Shown here piece after piece: positions 1-6,251 of a DNA stretch of 30,541 nt. Origin of the DNA: a virus. Taxonomy: Duplodnaviria > Caudoviricetes. Position numbers and translations under genes: made by a program. The notes beneath the pieces are model-generated. The model saw only the letters and a list, made by a program, of their open reading frames with translations. It did no database searches and was not told where the DNA came from. The DNA lies in the IMG/VR virus record IMGVR_UViG_3300027892_000107, positions 1 through 30,541 of that record; one strand, written 5' to 3'. Every line of letters starts with the position of its first letter. The first letter of the stretch is position 1.

Positions 1-10
1 ACCCAAATTC

Positions 11-50
11 GACACGCCAAAGCCCCACCGGGTTTCCGGTGGGGTGAGGC
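11..50 (-). repeat. Intergenic hairpin repeat R1
   Basis: mRNA GCC-UCA-CCCC-ACCGG-AAAC-CCGGU-GGGG-CUUU-GGC-GUGUC; nearly identical to R12. Confidence 0.9.
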
Positions 51-55
51 TCTAT

Positions 56-292
56 TTAGCCAGGAATTTTGGCTACGTCATTCATATAATGAGACTTAGT
101 TCTTTCTTGAAGCTCCTGCTCCCAGAAAGACTGAAGCTCACGAAGCTTTTCGCCACGCTTCTTTATGACTTCGCTGTGGTAGTTTTCACCACCCCAACCA
201 GCAACACATTGGTGCCACTCTTCAGTATTTGTCCGTCGAGCGGTGCCGATGGCGTAAATGGTTTCCTGGATTTGTTGGTAAGTCGCGTTCAT
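56..292 (-). CDS. Hypothetical protein (78 aa, MNATYQQ...)
   Basis: GGAGA RBS before ATG at 292; fills the gap between R2 and R1. Confidence 0.75.
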   Translation of the reverse strand: MNATYQQIQETIYAIGTARRTNTEEWHQCVAGWGGENYHSEVIKKRGEKLRELQSFWEQELQERTKSHYMNDVAKIPG

Positions 293-308
293 GTAGTTCT
301 CCATTTTG

Positions 309-349
309 GACACGCTGAAACCCCCAGCCGTTTGGCCAGGGGTTGCAGG
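309..349 (-). repeat. Hairpin repeat R2
   Basis: CUG-CAA-CCCC-UGGCC-AAAC-GGCUG-GGGG-UUU-CAG-CGUGUC; two G-U pairs. Confidence 0.85.
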
Positions 350-352
350 TAG

Positions 353-739
353 TTACGCCCTAAATTGCTGGAATCTAAGGGGAGGCTTAACACCGAGGCG
401 GGACATCTTCCGGTCGAGTGCGAACCCGATGCCGGTTTCATAACAATAACTTTCCCAGCCGTACAAGGCGTCACAGCCCATAGCATCGAAGTCCCACATC
501 AAAGCGGTGATTACATCAATACTATGTTCACGCATCAGGCCGCGAATACGATTCTTCACGGTCTTGATGGCGCAAACTTTATCGCGACGATCATCTTCAA
601 TCACCACAGCGAGTTGACGAACAAGACGATCATATTCAGCGTCAAATTCTTCTTGAGTCTCGAAGTGAACGTTGCGCGGCCGAAAGCCGTAGACGTCCTT
701 GTGGAGGTCGGAGTAGGTATCGCAAATAAAAACAGTCAT
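353..739 (-). CDS. Hypothetical phage protein (128 aa, YSDLHKDVYGFRPR motif)
   Basis: GGAGA RBS, ATG at 739; N-terminal motif recalled from T4-like phage hypotheticals, not verified. Confidence 0.8.
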   Translation of the reverse strand: MTVFICDTYSDLHKDVYGFRPRNVHFETQEEFDAEYDRLVRQLAVVIEDDRRDKVCAIKTVKNRIRGLMREHSIDVITALMWDFDAMGCDALYGWESYCYETGIGFALDRKMSRLGVKPPLRFQQFRA

Positions 740-755
740 GTGATTTTTCTCCATT

Positions 756-799
756 CACAATGCCTTGACCCCAGCGGTTTTCCGCTGGGGTAAGTAGGC
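756..799 (-). repeat. Hairpin repeat R3
   Basis: GCCU-ACUU-ACCCC-AGCGG-AAAA-CCGCU-GGGGU-CA-AGGC; core identical to R6. Confidence 0.9.
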
Positions 800-1218
800 T
801 ATCGTTTAGCCGCGAGCATCTTCGCCGGGGATTGGCCGGCAAGAACTTGCGAGAGCGAGAACTTAAAACGTTTCCCGTCGCTTCGCGTCCCGATGAACGG
901 GTACTTGTGCGAACGAGCCTTATAGTCAATCAGAGTGATCGTACCGTTCATCGGCGAGACGAAGGTATCGGCCATCTTGTTGTCTTTAAGAACTTTCATC
1001 AGGGTCGGCGTTTGACCCAGCTGAACCGCTTCGGCAGACAACTTGCCTTTGACATGCGCATCGATACGCGTATGCATCGTGGAGCCGTCGGGAGCGAAGC
1101 GAATGTTCCCGAGCGTCAACATCAGACCGGACTCATCGCCGAATTTCGCGAGCACAAGGTTGAGCTCTTTGCGAAGGACAGCGAGAGTGGCTTTGTTGAA
1201 AGTGTTATAGGTCGTCAT
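799..1218 (-). CDS. Hypothetical protein (139 aa, MTTYNTF...)
   Basis: GGAGA RBS, ATG at 1218; stop abuts R3. Confidence 0.8.
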   Translation of the reverse strand: MTTYNTFNKATLAVLRKELNLVLAKFGDESGLMLTLGNIRFAPDGSTMHTRIDAHVKGKLSAEAVQLGQTPTLMKVLKDNKMADTFVSPMNGTITLIDYKARSHKYPFIGTRSDGKRFKFSLSQVLAGQSPAKMLAAKR

Positions 1219-1240
1219 GTGTAGGTTTCTCCATGTTACA

Positions 1241-1278
1241 CACTGCTGAAACCCCAGCACTTTGGCTGGGGTTAGCAG
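1241..1278 (-). repeat. Hairpin repeat R4
   Basis: CUGCU-AA-CCCC-AGCC-AAAG-UGCU-GGGG-UU-UC-AGCAG. Confidence 0.85.
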
Positions 1279-1279
1279 T

Positions 1280-1474
1280 TTAAACGTTTTCTTTGACCAG
1301 CTTCACGTTCCCGCCGTTAGGCAGGGGAACGGAACGCATGTCCCAAAAGAAGTCAACGTTGTCAGCGGACACCTGGCGAATCTCTTGCAGAGTTTCGCAC
1401 AGCTGCGACCAGGTCTTATCCAGAACCTGAACAGAACGATCAGGGTTCATGATGCGGATGCGAGTAACGGTCAT
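1280..1474 (-). CDS. Hypothetical protein (64 aa, MTVTRIR...)
   Basis: GGAGA RBS, ATG at 1474; stop abuts R4. Confidence 0.75.
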   Translation of the reverse strand: MTVTRIRIMNPDRSVQVLDKTWSQLCETLQEIRQVSADNVDFFWDMRSVPLPNGGNVKLVKENV

Positions 1475-1490
1475 GTCATTTTCTCCATTA

Positions 1491-1530
1491 GACACGCCAA
1501 AACCCCTGCCACTTTGGGCAGGGGTAAAGG
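1491..1530 (-). repeat. Hairpin repeat R5
   Basis: CCCC-UGCCC-AAAG-UGGCA-GGGG core, identical to R13. Confidence 0.9.
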
Positions 1531-1533
1531 ACA

Positions 1534-2367
1534 TCAACGCCGCTTCCGCGACGTCTTCTGTTCATCCATGAAGCTCACGAGGTCAAAGATTTCCGCTTCA
1601 ACGCCGCTGACGGCGTCTTCCACTTCGTCCATAACTTCGTCAATGCCCTCTTCGCGGTCGAAACCGGCGAAGACGTACGAGCCGGCAAAGGCAAGCACGA
1701 TGGAAAGAACAGTGATCAACGTGGCGTAGAGAGCCGCGTCGGTCAGGTTAAACGGGAGTTCCGCAGTGGGAGCACCCGCAGCGACCGTATCTGTCGCTTT
1801 CTTCAAGTCATCACGAGCCGTAACCAGCAGCCCACGGATCTCATCACCGCGTTTGTTCATGGCGTCAAGAGTATCGCCGCCACGATCACCATCGATTTTG
1901 TTCTTGTAATAACCAAGCGAGCTAAGCCGAAGCTGAGCTTTCTTGATCGTCGCCTCATCTTCAGCAACCATCAGCAGGAGTTCTGCATCAAGGTCAGTGA
2001 TCTGCTTTTCAGCAGCCGCTTTAGAGCCGACAGCGGTTTTATAGCTTGAATCACGGTCAGAGAAGGTTTGATCCGCCTTCTCAACTTCGTTCATCAAAGC
2101 AAGCTCGCCTGAGTGACGGTCAAGACCGCCAGCCACAAGGAGCAGGACGCCGAGGACCGCAGCAGCGACCCAACGGCGGTGGCGGATTTCGCTTTCAACC
2201 GCGACGCCGAGGGCTACGCCCGCAGCGGCAGTAAAAGGTCCAATCCAACCAGCGAACGGGATTTGAATTTGACTTTCAAACCCCGCATAGGCAAGCACGC
2301 CGGAGATGGCGGCCAGTCCAGTACCACAGGCAATCAGGATGACGCCAGCGATTTTGCGGAAAATCAT
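1534..2367 (-). CDS. Membrane protein with coiled coil and putative peptidoglycan-binding (PG_binding_1-like) segment
   Basis: GAGGAGA RBS, ATG at 2367; three N-terminal and one C-terminal hydrophobic helices; AQLRLSSLGYYKNKIDGDRGGDTLDAM fits Q..L..LGY....DG..G..T..A; acidic tail. Confidence 0.7.
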   Translation of the reverse strand: MIFRKIAGVILIACGTGLAAISGVLAYAGFESQIQIPFAGWIGPFTAAAGVALGVAVESEIRHRRWVAAAVLGVLLLVAGGLDRHSGELALMNEVEKADQTFSDRDSSYKTAVGSKAAAEKQITDLDAELLLMVAEDEATIKKAQLRLSSLGYYKNKIDGDRGGDTLDAMNKRGDEIRGLLVTARDDLKKATDTVAAGAPTAELPFNLTDAALYATLITVLSIVLAFAGSYVFAGFDREEGIDEVMDEVEDAVSGVEAEIFDLVSFMDEQKTSRKRR

Positions 2368-2384
2368 TAAATCTCCTCTTTTCT

Positions 2385-2428
2385 CACTACGCCTTGACCC
2401 CAGCGGTTTTCCGCTGGGGTAAGTAGGC
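2385..2428 (-). repeat. Hairpin repeat R6
   Basis: Same core and outer stem as R3. Confidence 0.9.
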
Positions 2429-2623
2429 TTAGGCAGCGAGCTTCGGTTCAACCATCGTGTGGTTGACGCCGAGTTCGGTCAGGTAGGCCGAAGAACGTTC
2501 CGCGTCCTCACGACGGAGATAGGTCAGCTTAAAGGTCTGACCGAACTCCGCCGAACCTTTGCACGTATTCACGTGCTTGATGACGAAAAGCGGAAGCTTG
2601 GCTTTTTTGACTGCGCGTTTCAT
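2429..2623 (-). CDS. Hypothetical protein (64 aa, MKRAVKK...)
   Basis: GAGAG RBS, ATG at 2623; stop abuts R6. Confidence 0.75.
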   Translation of the reverse strand: MKRAVKKAKLPLFVIKHVNTCKGSAEFGQTFKLTYLRREDAERSSAYLTELGVNHTMVEPKLAA

Positions 2624-2655
2624 ATTTAATCTCTCTTTAAGCCAGCGGTTTGCTG

Positions 2656-2696
2656 GACACGCCAAAACCCCCAGCACTTTGGCTGGGGGTAAGGGC
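2656..2696 (-). repeat. Hairpin repeat R7
   Basis: GCCC-UUA-CCCC-CAGCC-AAAG-UGCUG-GGGG-UUUU-GGC-GUGUC. Confidence 0.9.
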
Positions 2697-2698
2697 AA

Positions 2699-2950
2699 CT
2701 ACTTCGCTTTGCGGCGAGTAGAGCGTTTCACGGGGGCAGCTTTCTTCGCTGCCGCCGCTTTGATGTCGGTGACCACTTCGTCCTTCGTGACCGTGAGAGT
2801 TACCTCAAGGTCTTCGTTGAACGCTTCGATCTCGTCAGCGCGACGAGTGAAGTAGGTGTCAAGCAGGGTGTCGGTCACGATCACCGCCGCTTTGATCCGT
2901 TTGAAACGGGCGACGAGGTCACGAGCACGAGCAACACGAGCATTAGCCAT
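2699..2950 (-). CDS. Hypothetical basic protein (83 aa) with Ala/Lys-rich tail
   Basis: First gene of operon A; tail AAAAKKAAPVKRSTRRKAK; start uncertain (2950 vs 2965/2968). Confidence 0.7.
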   Translation of the reverse strand: MANARVARARDLVARFKRIKAAVIVTDTLLDTYFTRRADEIEAFNEDLEVTLTVTKDEVVTDIKAAAAKKAAPVKRSTRRKAK

Positions 2951-2986
2951 TTTGGTATTTTCCATCACCTGGCGTTAAGTGCCAGG

Positions 2987-3025
2987 CGTGCTGAAACCCC
3001 ACTAGGTTTCTAGCGGGGTAACAGC
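2987..3025 (-). repeat. Hairpin repeat R8 (end of leader A)
   Basis: GCUG-UUA-CCCC-GCUAG-AAAC-CUAGU-GGGG-UUU-CAGC; no gene upstream of it. Confidence 0.85.
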
Positions 3026-3070
3026 TGGAGATGTAGTAATGCGAACCCTTAAACCCGGAGGCGGGGTCGC

Positions 3071-3096
3071 GTCAATCTCTTCACAATGTCAAACAG
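3071..3096 (-). promoter_or_regulatory. boxA-like antitermination motif, leader A
   Basis: CUGUUUGACAUUGUGAAGAGAUUGAC, 25/26 identical to 6062-6087; resembles rRNA-leader boxA. Confidence 0.6.
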
Positions 3097-3179
3097 TGGC
3101 GGCTCAACCTAGTCCGGGTCCGTAATTCTGGCCCGTGGCGTCTTAAGTCCTCTGCGCCGGTTCACCTTCAAGTCTCATC

Positions 3180-3207
3180 AGTATACTCTCACTGGCAGAA
3201 AAGGCAA
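3180..3207 (-). promoter_or_regulatory. sigma70-type early promoter, operon A
   Basis: TTGCCT-N16-TATACT with AT-rich upstream DNA. Confidence 0.75.
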
Positions 3208-3296
3208 TACTCCTTTAAAAGGGCTTTGAAACTTTATTATTAAACTTTCGTAATGTTCATATCGTTAAACGATAAAAAGTTAATAAAAGGTTTCTT

Positions 3297-3379
3297 CTGT
3301 GGAGTCCCCACAGGAGCGATAGTTTTTCGGGTCCCCGGTGTAGGGTCAAAGAACTGATTCGCTCCAGTGAGCTCCACAG
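3297..3379 (-). other. Long imperfect RNA hairpin at the 3' end of operon B
   Basis: CUGUGGAG/CUCCACAG, CUCAC/GUGGG, GGAGCGA/UCGCUCC, AGUUCUUUG/CGAAAAACU. Confidence 0.7.
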
Positions 3380-3418
3380 ACACACCAAAACCCCAGCACG
3401 TTTGTGCCGGGGTAAAGG
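3379..3418 (-). repeat. Hairpin repeat R9
   Basis: CCCC-GGCAC-AAAC-GUGCU-GGGG-UUUU-GGUGUGUC. Confidence 0.9.
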
Positions 3419-3419
3419 T

Positions 3420-3632
3420 TTAGGATTTTCCTAGTCGGCCGTACAGAAGCGCCAAAACGAGGCTGTACGCTTCTAGCTCATTCCACTCATTGTAGAGTTC
3501 CGGCCAATTCAGATCTTGGTTGCCATAGAGGGCCCAGATACGTTGGCCGAACCGTAGATGTTCGGGATTTTTCCGCCACATCGTGAGCTCGTGAGCTAGA
3601 CCAGGGATCGTAAGATTTTCAGAAAGAAGCAT
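3420..3632 (-). CDS. Hypothetical protein (70 aa, MLLSENL...)
   Basis: AGGA RBS, ATG at 3632 just after the upstream stop; stop abuts R9. Confidence 0.7.
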   Translation of the reverse strand: MLLSENLTIPGLAHELTMWRKNPEHLRFGQRIWALYGNQDLNWPELYNEWNELEAYSLVLALLYGRLGKS

Positions 3633-3642
3633 TTGTTGTTTC

Positions 3643-3855
3643 CTAGACTTCAAAAGGACGGGTAAGTCGATCGATCTGCCGATCGTTATAGTTGCCGTCA
3701 TGCGTCCAGCGACGGAAAGCGAAGCAGTCCGTGCCGTTTTTATCACAGCGAGCCGCGAACTGGCAGGTATCGCAGGGATTAGGCCGAAGCGTTTCTTCCT
3801 GGATATATTCCCAGACTTTGGCGCGTTCGCCAGCGTTGTCAACTACGTAATCCAT
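3643..3855 (-). CDS. Small Cys-rich protein (70 aa)
   Basis: AAGGAGA RBS; PCDTCQFAARCDKNGTDC four-Cys cluster. Confidence 0.75.
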   Translation of the reverse strand: MDYVVDNAGERAKVWEYIQEETLRPNPCDTCQFAARCDKNGTDCFAFRRWTHDGNYNDRQIDRLTRPFEV

Positions 3856-3871
3856 ATTAGTTCTCCTTACA

Positions 3872-3912
3872 TACGCCTTGACCCCAACGCTTTTGCGCTG
3901 GGGTAAGTAGGC
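3872..3912 (-). repeat. Hairpin repeat R10
   Basis: GCCU-ACUU-ACCCC-AGCGC-AAAA-GCGUU-GGGGU-CA-AGGC. Confidence 0.9.
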
Positions 3913-4226
3913 TACTTAAAGACGCCGTGAGCGAGTTTCCGGTTAGGAACACTGCCATCTACAACACCGGTCTTGAACACAACCTTGCCGATCACTTTGA
4001 AGTAACCGAGGTGTTTCCAGGACTGATCATGCTTCGCGTCGTGGAACGTACCAACATTCCACTTTTCGCCGAGATCACCGAACGACGTCCAGACGCGAAA
4101 CTTATTCCCGTCTTGGACGATGTAGGCGACTTGACCAGGGTCAAAGTACTCAGCACTCTCAGGTTGGCATGGGTTCATGTAGGCGCCAGTAGGAAGAATA
4201 GCAGTTCTGTTTCGCCAGTTGTTCAT
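3912..4226 (-). CDS. Hypothetical protein (104 aa)
   Basis: GAGGA RBS; bounded by R11 and R10. Confidence 0.8.
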   Translation of the reverse strand: MNNWRNRTAILPTGAYMNPCQPESAEYFDPGQVAYIVQDGNKFRVWTSFGDLGEKWNVGTFHDAKHDQSWKHLGYFKVIGKVVFKTGVVDGSVPNRKLAHGVFK

Positions 4227-4245
4227 GTTGTTTTTCCTCTTTCAA

Positions 4246-4285
4246 CTACGCCTTGTCCCCAGCACTTTTGTGCCGGGGTAAGGTG
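4246..4285 (-). repeat. Hairpin repeat R11
   Basis: CCUU-A-CCCC-GGCAC-AAAA-GUGCU-GGGG-AC-AAGG-CGUAG. Confidence 0.9.
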
Positions 4286-4286
4286 T

Positions 4287-4556
4287 TTAGCGCCAACCGT
4301 TCTGGTAGAGCTCATGCTCAGTTTGGCGGTCGCTTTCGTCGAGCTCTTCCTTGAGCTCTTCGCCTTCTTTGAAAAGGCTGTCCCACTCTTCATCAGTGAT
4401 GCCGGTTTTGATGAACTCACGCTGCCCAGCCGTCAGGCCGAAGAAAGCGTCTTGCAGAAGTTCACCTACCGCATACCGATCAAACATTTCCTGGGTCGCA
4501 GGAATGTCGAGCGTGCGCTCAATACCGCTGATCATAGATTTACGGGTGATAAGCAT
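4287..4556 (-). CDS. Hypothetical phage protein (89 aa, QREFIKTGITDEEWD motif)
   Basis: AAGGAGA RBS, ATG at 4556; acidic C-terminus. Confidence 0.8.
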   Translation of the reverse strand: MLITRKSMISGIERTLDIPATQEMFDRYAVGELLQDAFFGLTAGQREFIKTGITDEEWDSLFKEGEELKEELDESDRQTEHELYQNGWR

Positions 4557-4573
4557 TTTTTGTCTCCTTGTTG

Positions 4574-4613
4574 GACACGCCAAAGCCCCACCGGGTTTCC
4601 GGTGGGGTAAGGC
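4574..4613 (-). repeat. Hairpin repeat R12
   Basis: One mismatch to R1 over 40 nt. Confidence 0.9.
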
Positions 4614-4853
4614 TCAGGGCGAAGTATAGTTCTCAGAGAACAGCGACTGGAAGCTGCTGATATCCAGAGCTTTGAGAAGCTCGAAGTCAGCCCGGTCAAT
4701 TCTCATCTTACGCCCAGCGGCGTACTCAGCGCGATGCCGAACATCGTAGTGATGAAGAACGACACGCTTCATTTCAGAGCGCGTGACCGCACCATGAAGA
4801 TTGATGCCTGCGTTTTCGACGAGCACCCGAACTGTTTCAGTTGAAGCAGTCAT
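4614..4853 (-). CDS. Hypothetical protein (79 aa, MTASTET...)
   Basis: AAGGAGA RBS, ATG at 4853; stop abuts R12. Confidence 0.75.
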   Translation of the reverse strand: MTASTETVRVLVENAGINLHGAVTRSEMKRVVLHHYDVRHRAEYAAGRKMRIDRADFELLKALDISSFQSLFSENYTSP

Positions 4854-4869
4854 ATTTGTCTCCTTGTTG

Positions 4870-4908
4870 GACACGCTGAAACCCCTGCCACTTTGGGCAG
4901 GGGTAAAG
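4870..4908 (-). repeat. Hairpin repeat R13
   Basis: Core identical to R5, tail like R2. Confidence 0.9.
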
Positions 4909-4909
4909 A

Positions 4910-5329
4910 TCAGCTATAACGTCGCTCACGTTCGCGGCGTTCATAACGTAGTTCTTCGAGTTCTTCTTGCTTTTCACGGTAGGCTTCGAGTTCTTCAAGT
5001 GTCATCTTTGACATCTTCATGCGCTCGAAGCAGGCGTTAACTCGGCCTTCGTCATCCGGCTGGGTCAGGTAGAACACATAAACGCCGAGCTCCTTGCGGT
5101 ACTCTTTGTCGATATATTCAAACCCACCATAATACTGGAGGACGCGGTCGTCACTCGCCTTACAGGCGATGAACTCTTCGTTTTGGGTATCAACCCAAAG
5201 ACCGCCGTAAGTGGCCCGTTCGTCAAGGCCGAGAGTGCTCAGATCGTGAACATGCTCGCATTGAAGAACGAGGTCTTCAGCGCCAGATTCAATAACGTCC
5301 ATGAGGTCGTTAAGCGATTCGATGGTCAT
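4910..5329 (-). CDS. Hypothetical acidic protein (139 aa)
   Basis: GGAGA RBS; bounded by repeats; charged helical C-terminus. Confidence 0.8.
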   Translation of the reverse strand: MTIESLNDLMDVIESGAEDLVLQCEHVHDLSTLGLDERATYGGLWVDTQNEEFIACKASDDRVLQYYGGFEYIDKEYRKELGVYVFYLTQPDDEGRVNACFERMKMSKMTLEELEAYREKQEELEELRYERRERERRYS

Positions 5330-5350
5330 GTGATTTTTTCTCCATTCTCA

Positions 5351-5389
5351 CTACGATGTGACCCCAGCGGGTTTCCGCCGGGGTACATC
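5351..5389 (-). repeat. Hairpin repeat R14
   Basis: GAUGU-ACCCC-GGCGG-AAAC-CCGCU-GGGGU-C-ACAUC; outer stem fully compensated. Confidence 0.85.
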
Positions 5390-5390
5390 A

Positions 5391-5627
5391 TCAGTAGTAG
5401 TCATCGCCGTCAAAGACGATGGCCAGCAGGTAGTACTCAGCGCCAGCCAGTCGTTTGAAGGACTTGGCGTTTGCCGTGTCGAACTCGCCGCTTTTAGGAT
5501 CGCATGGGGTCGCAACCCACAGGCCATCATCAAGCGTCGCCACTCCAACCGTCAAACCCGTTTTGCGCAGGTCATAGCGGTAACCATCATCGATGGAAAC
5601 GGGGACGAGATAATTTTCAAAGCTCAT
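5391..5627 (-). CDS. Hypothetical protein (78 aa)
   Basis: GGAGA RBS; bounded by repeats. Confidence 0.8.
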   Translation of the reverse strand: MSFENYLVPVSIDDGYRYDLRKTGLTVGVATLDDGLWVATPCDPKSGEFDTANAKSFKRLAGAEYYLLAIVFDGDDYY

Positions 5628-5646
5628 GTGATTTTTTCTCCATTCT

Positions 5647-5688
5647 CACAATGCTGAAAGCCCAGCGCTATTTGCGCCAGGCGATCAG
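5647..5688 (-). repeat. Divergent hairpin repeat R15
   Basis: CUGA-UC-GCCUGGCGC-AAAUA-GCGCUGGGC-UU-UCAG-CAUUGUG. Confidence 0.75.
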
Positions 5689-5841
5689 TCAGCAGTCGTA
5701 GTCAGGGTATTGCGTCAGGTAACCGAAGTGGTACCCGCGAAGAACATCCCCAATTTGGTCTTCTTTCAAACCGAGGGAGCGAATCAACACTTCGATGTTT
5801 TGAGTCGCGATAATATACCCAACTTGAAACCACGTAATCAT
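5689..5841 (-). CDS. Small hypothetical protein (50 aa, MITWFQVGYIIATQ...YPDYDC), not in the ORF track
   Basis: AAGGAGA RBS before ATG at 5841; TGA abuts R15 like the other genes. Confidence 0.7.
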   Translation of the reverse strand: MITWFQVGYIIATQNIEVLIRSLGLKEDQIGDVLRGYHFGYLTQYPDYDC

Positions 5842-5851
5842 GAGTTTTCTC

Positions 5852-5964
5852 CTTGCTCACATTAAGATACACCAAACCTTGTACCAGGCTGATCTGACCA
5901 ATCACTTCGAACTTATTTGGGGTCAGACAAATAAGCTCTAGTGGTGTATCCAAAAATGAGCAAG
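5852..5964 (-). ncRNA. Putative structured cis-regulatory RNA with pseudoknot in leader B
   Basis: Nested stems CUUGCUCAU/GUGAGCAAG, GGAUACACCA/UGGUGUAUCU, GAGCUUAUUUG/CAAAUAAGUUC; loop UCUGACC complementary to downstream GGUCAGA. Confidence 0.55.
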
Positions 5965-6061
5965 TCGTGTTTTGAAGCGTTACCGCACGATGGTAACTTT
6001 GTCGCTGGCAGCTTGGGTCAGAGCCCTGTGCGCTTCATGGGCTACCTAGAGCGGTAGGCCA

Positions 6062-6087
6062 GTCAATCTCTTTACAATGTCAAACAG
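6062..6087 (-). promoter_or_regulatory. boxA-like antitermination motif, leader B
   Basis: CUGUUUGACAUUGUAAAGAGAUUGAC, second copy of 3071-3096. Confidence 0.6.
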
Positions 6088-6223
6088 CGGCTTGGTGAGC
6101 TAGTCATTTCACATACAAGGCCGAAAAGTTTCCCACGTTTTTCACGCTCGTTACTGGCGTGGGACTTTTTCGGACCCAGGTAAAACCGGCCATTAAGTGT
6201 CTAGGCCGCTCCCAAGTTCAATC

Positions 6224-6251
6224 AGTATACTCCCACCAGCCGGGTTGTAAA
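6224..6251 (-). promoter_or_regulatory. sigma70-type early promoter, operon B
   Basis: TTTACA-N16-TATACT. Confidence 0.75.

Noticed and set aside
3083-3096. TTGACA in the 26-mer as a -35 box (also at 6074-6087)
   Set aside because: No -10-like hexamer 16-18 bp downstream in either copy
3240-3292. CtrA boxes (TTAA-N7-TTAA), also at 6297-6328
   Set aside because: Several TTAA half-sites, but spacings of 6, 11 and 13 rather than 7
3420-3842. 140-aa ORF as listed
   Set aside because: 5' half overlaps the RBS-bearing 3643-3855 gene; the start at 3632 fits better
11-5688. CRISPR array
   Set aside because: Intervals are about 190-860 nt ORFs with RBSs, repeats vary in sequence, and no cas genes are in the window
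11-5688. Classical integron attC cassette array
   Set aside because: No conserved RYYYAAC/GTTRRRY ends, elements are shorter than attC sites, and no tyrosine integrase is in the window
11-5688. Repeats as plain intrinsic terminators
   Set aside because: At most 3-4 U after the stem (often UCAA, ACAA or CUUU), no internal promoters to restart transcription, and one copy precedes the first gene; weak termination is not excluded
5702-5953. 83-aa ORF
   Set aside because: TTG start without RBS inside structured RNA; the 5689-5841 frame has a strong RBS and ends at the repeat
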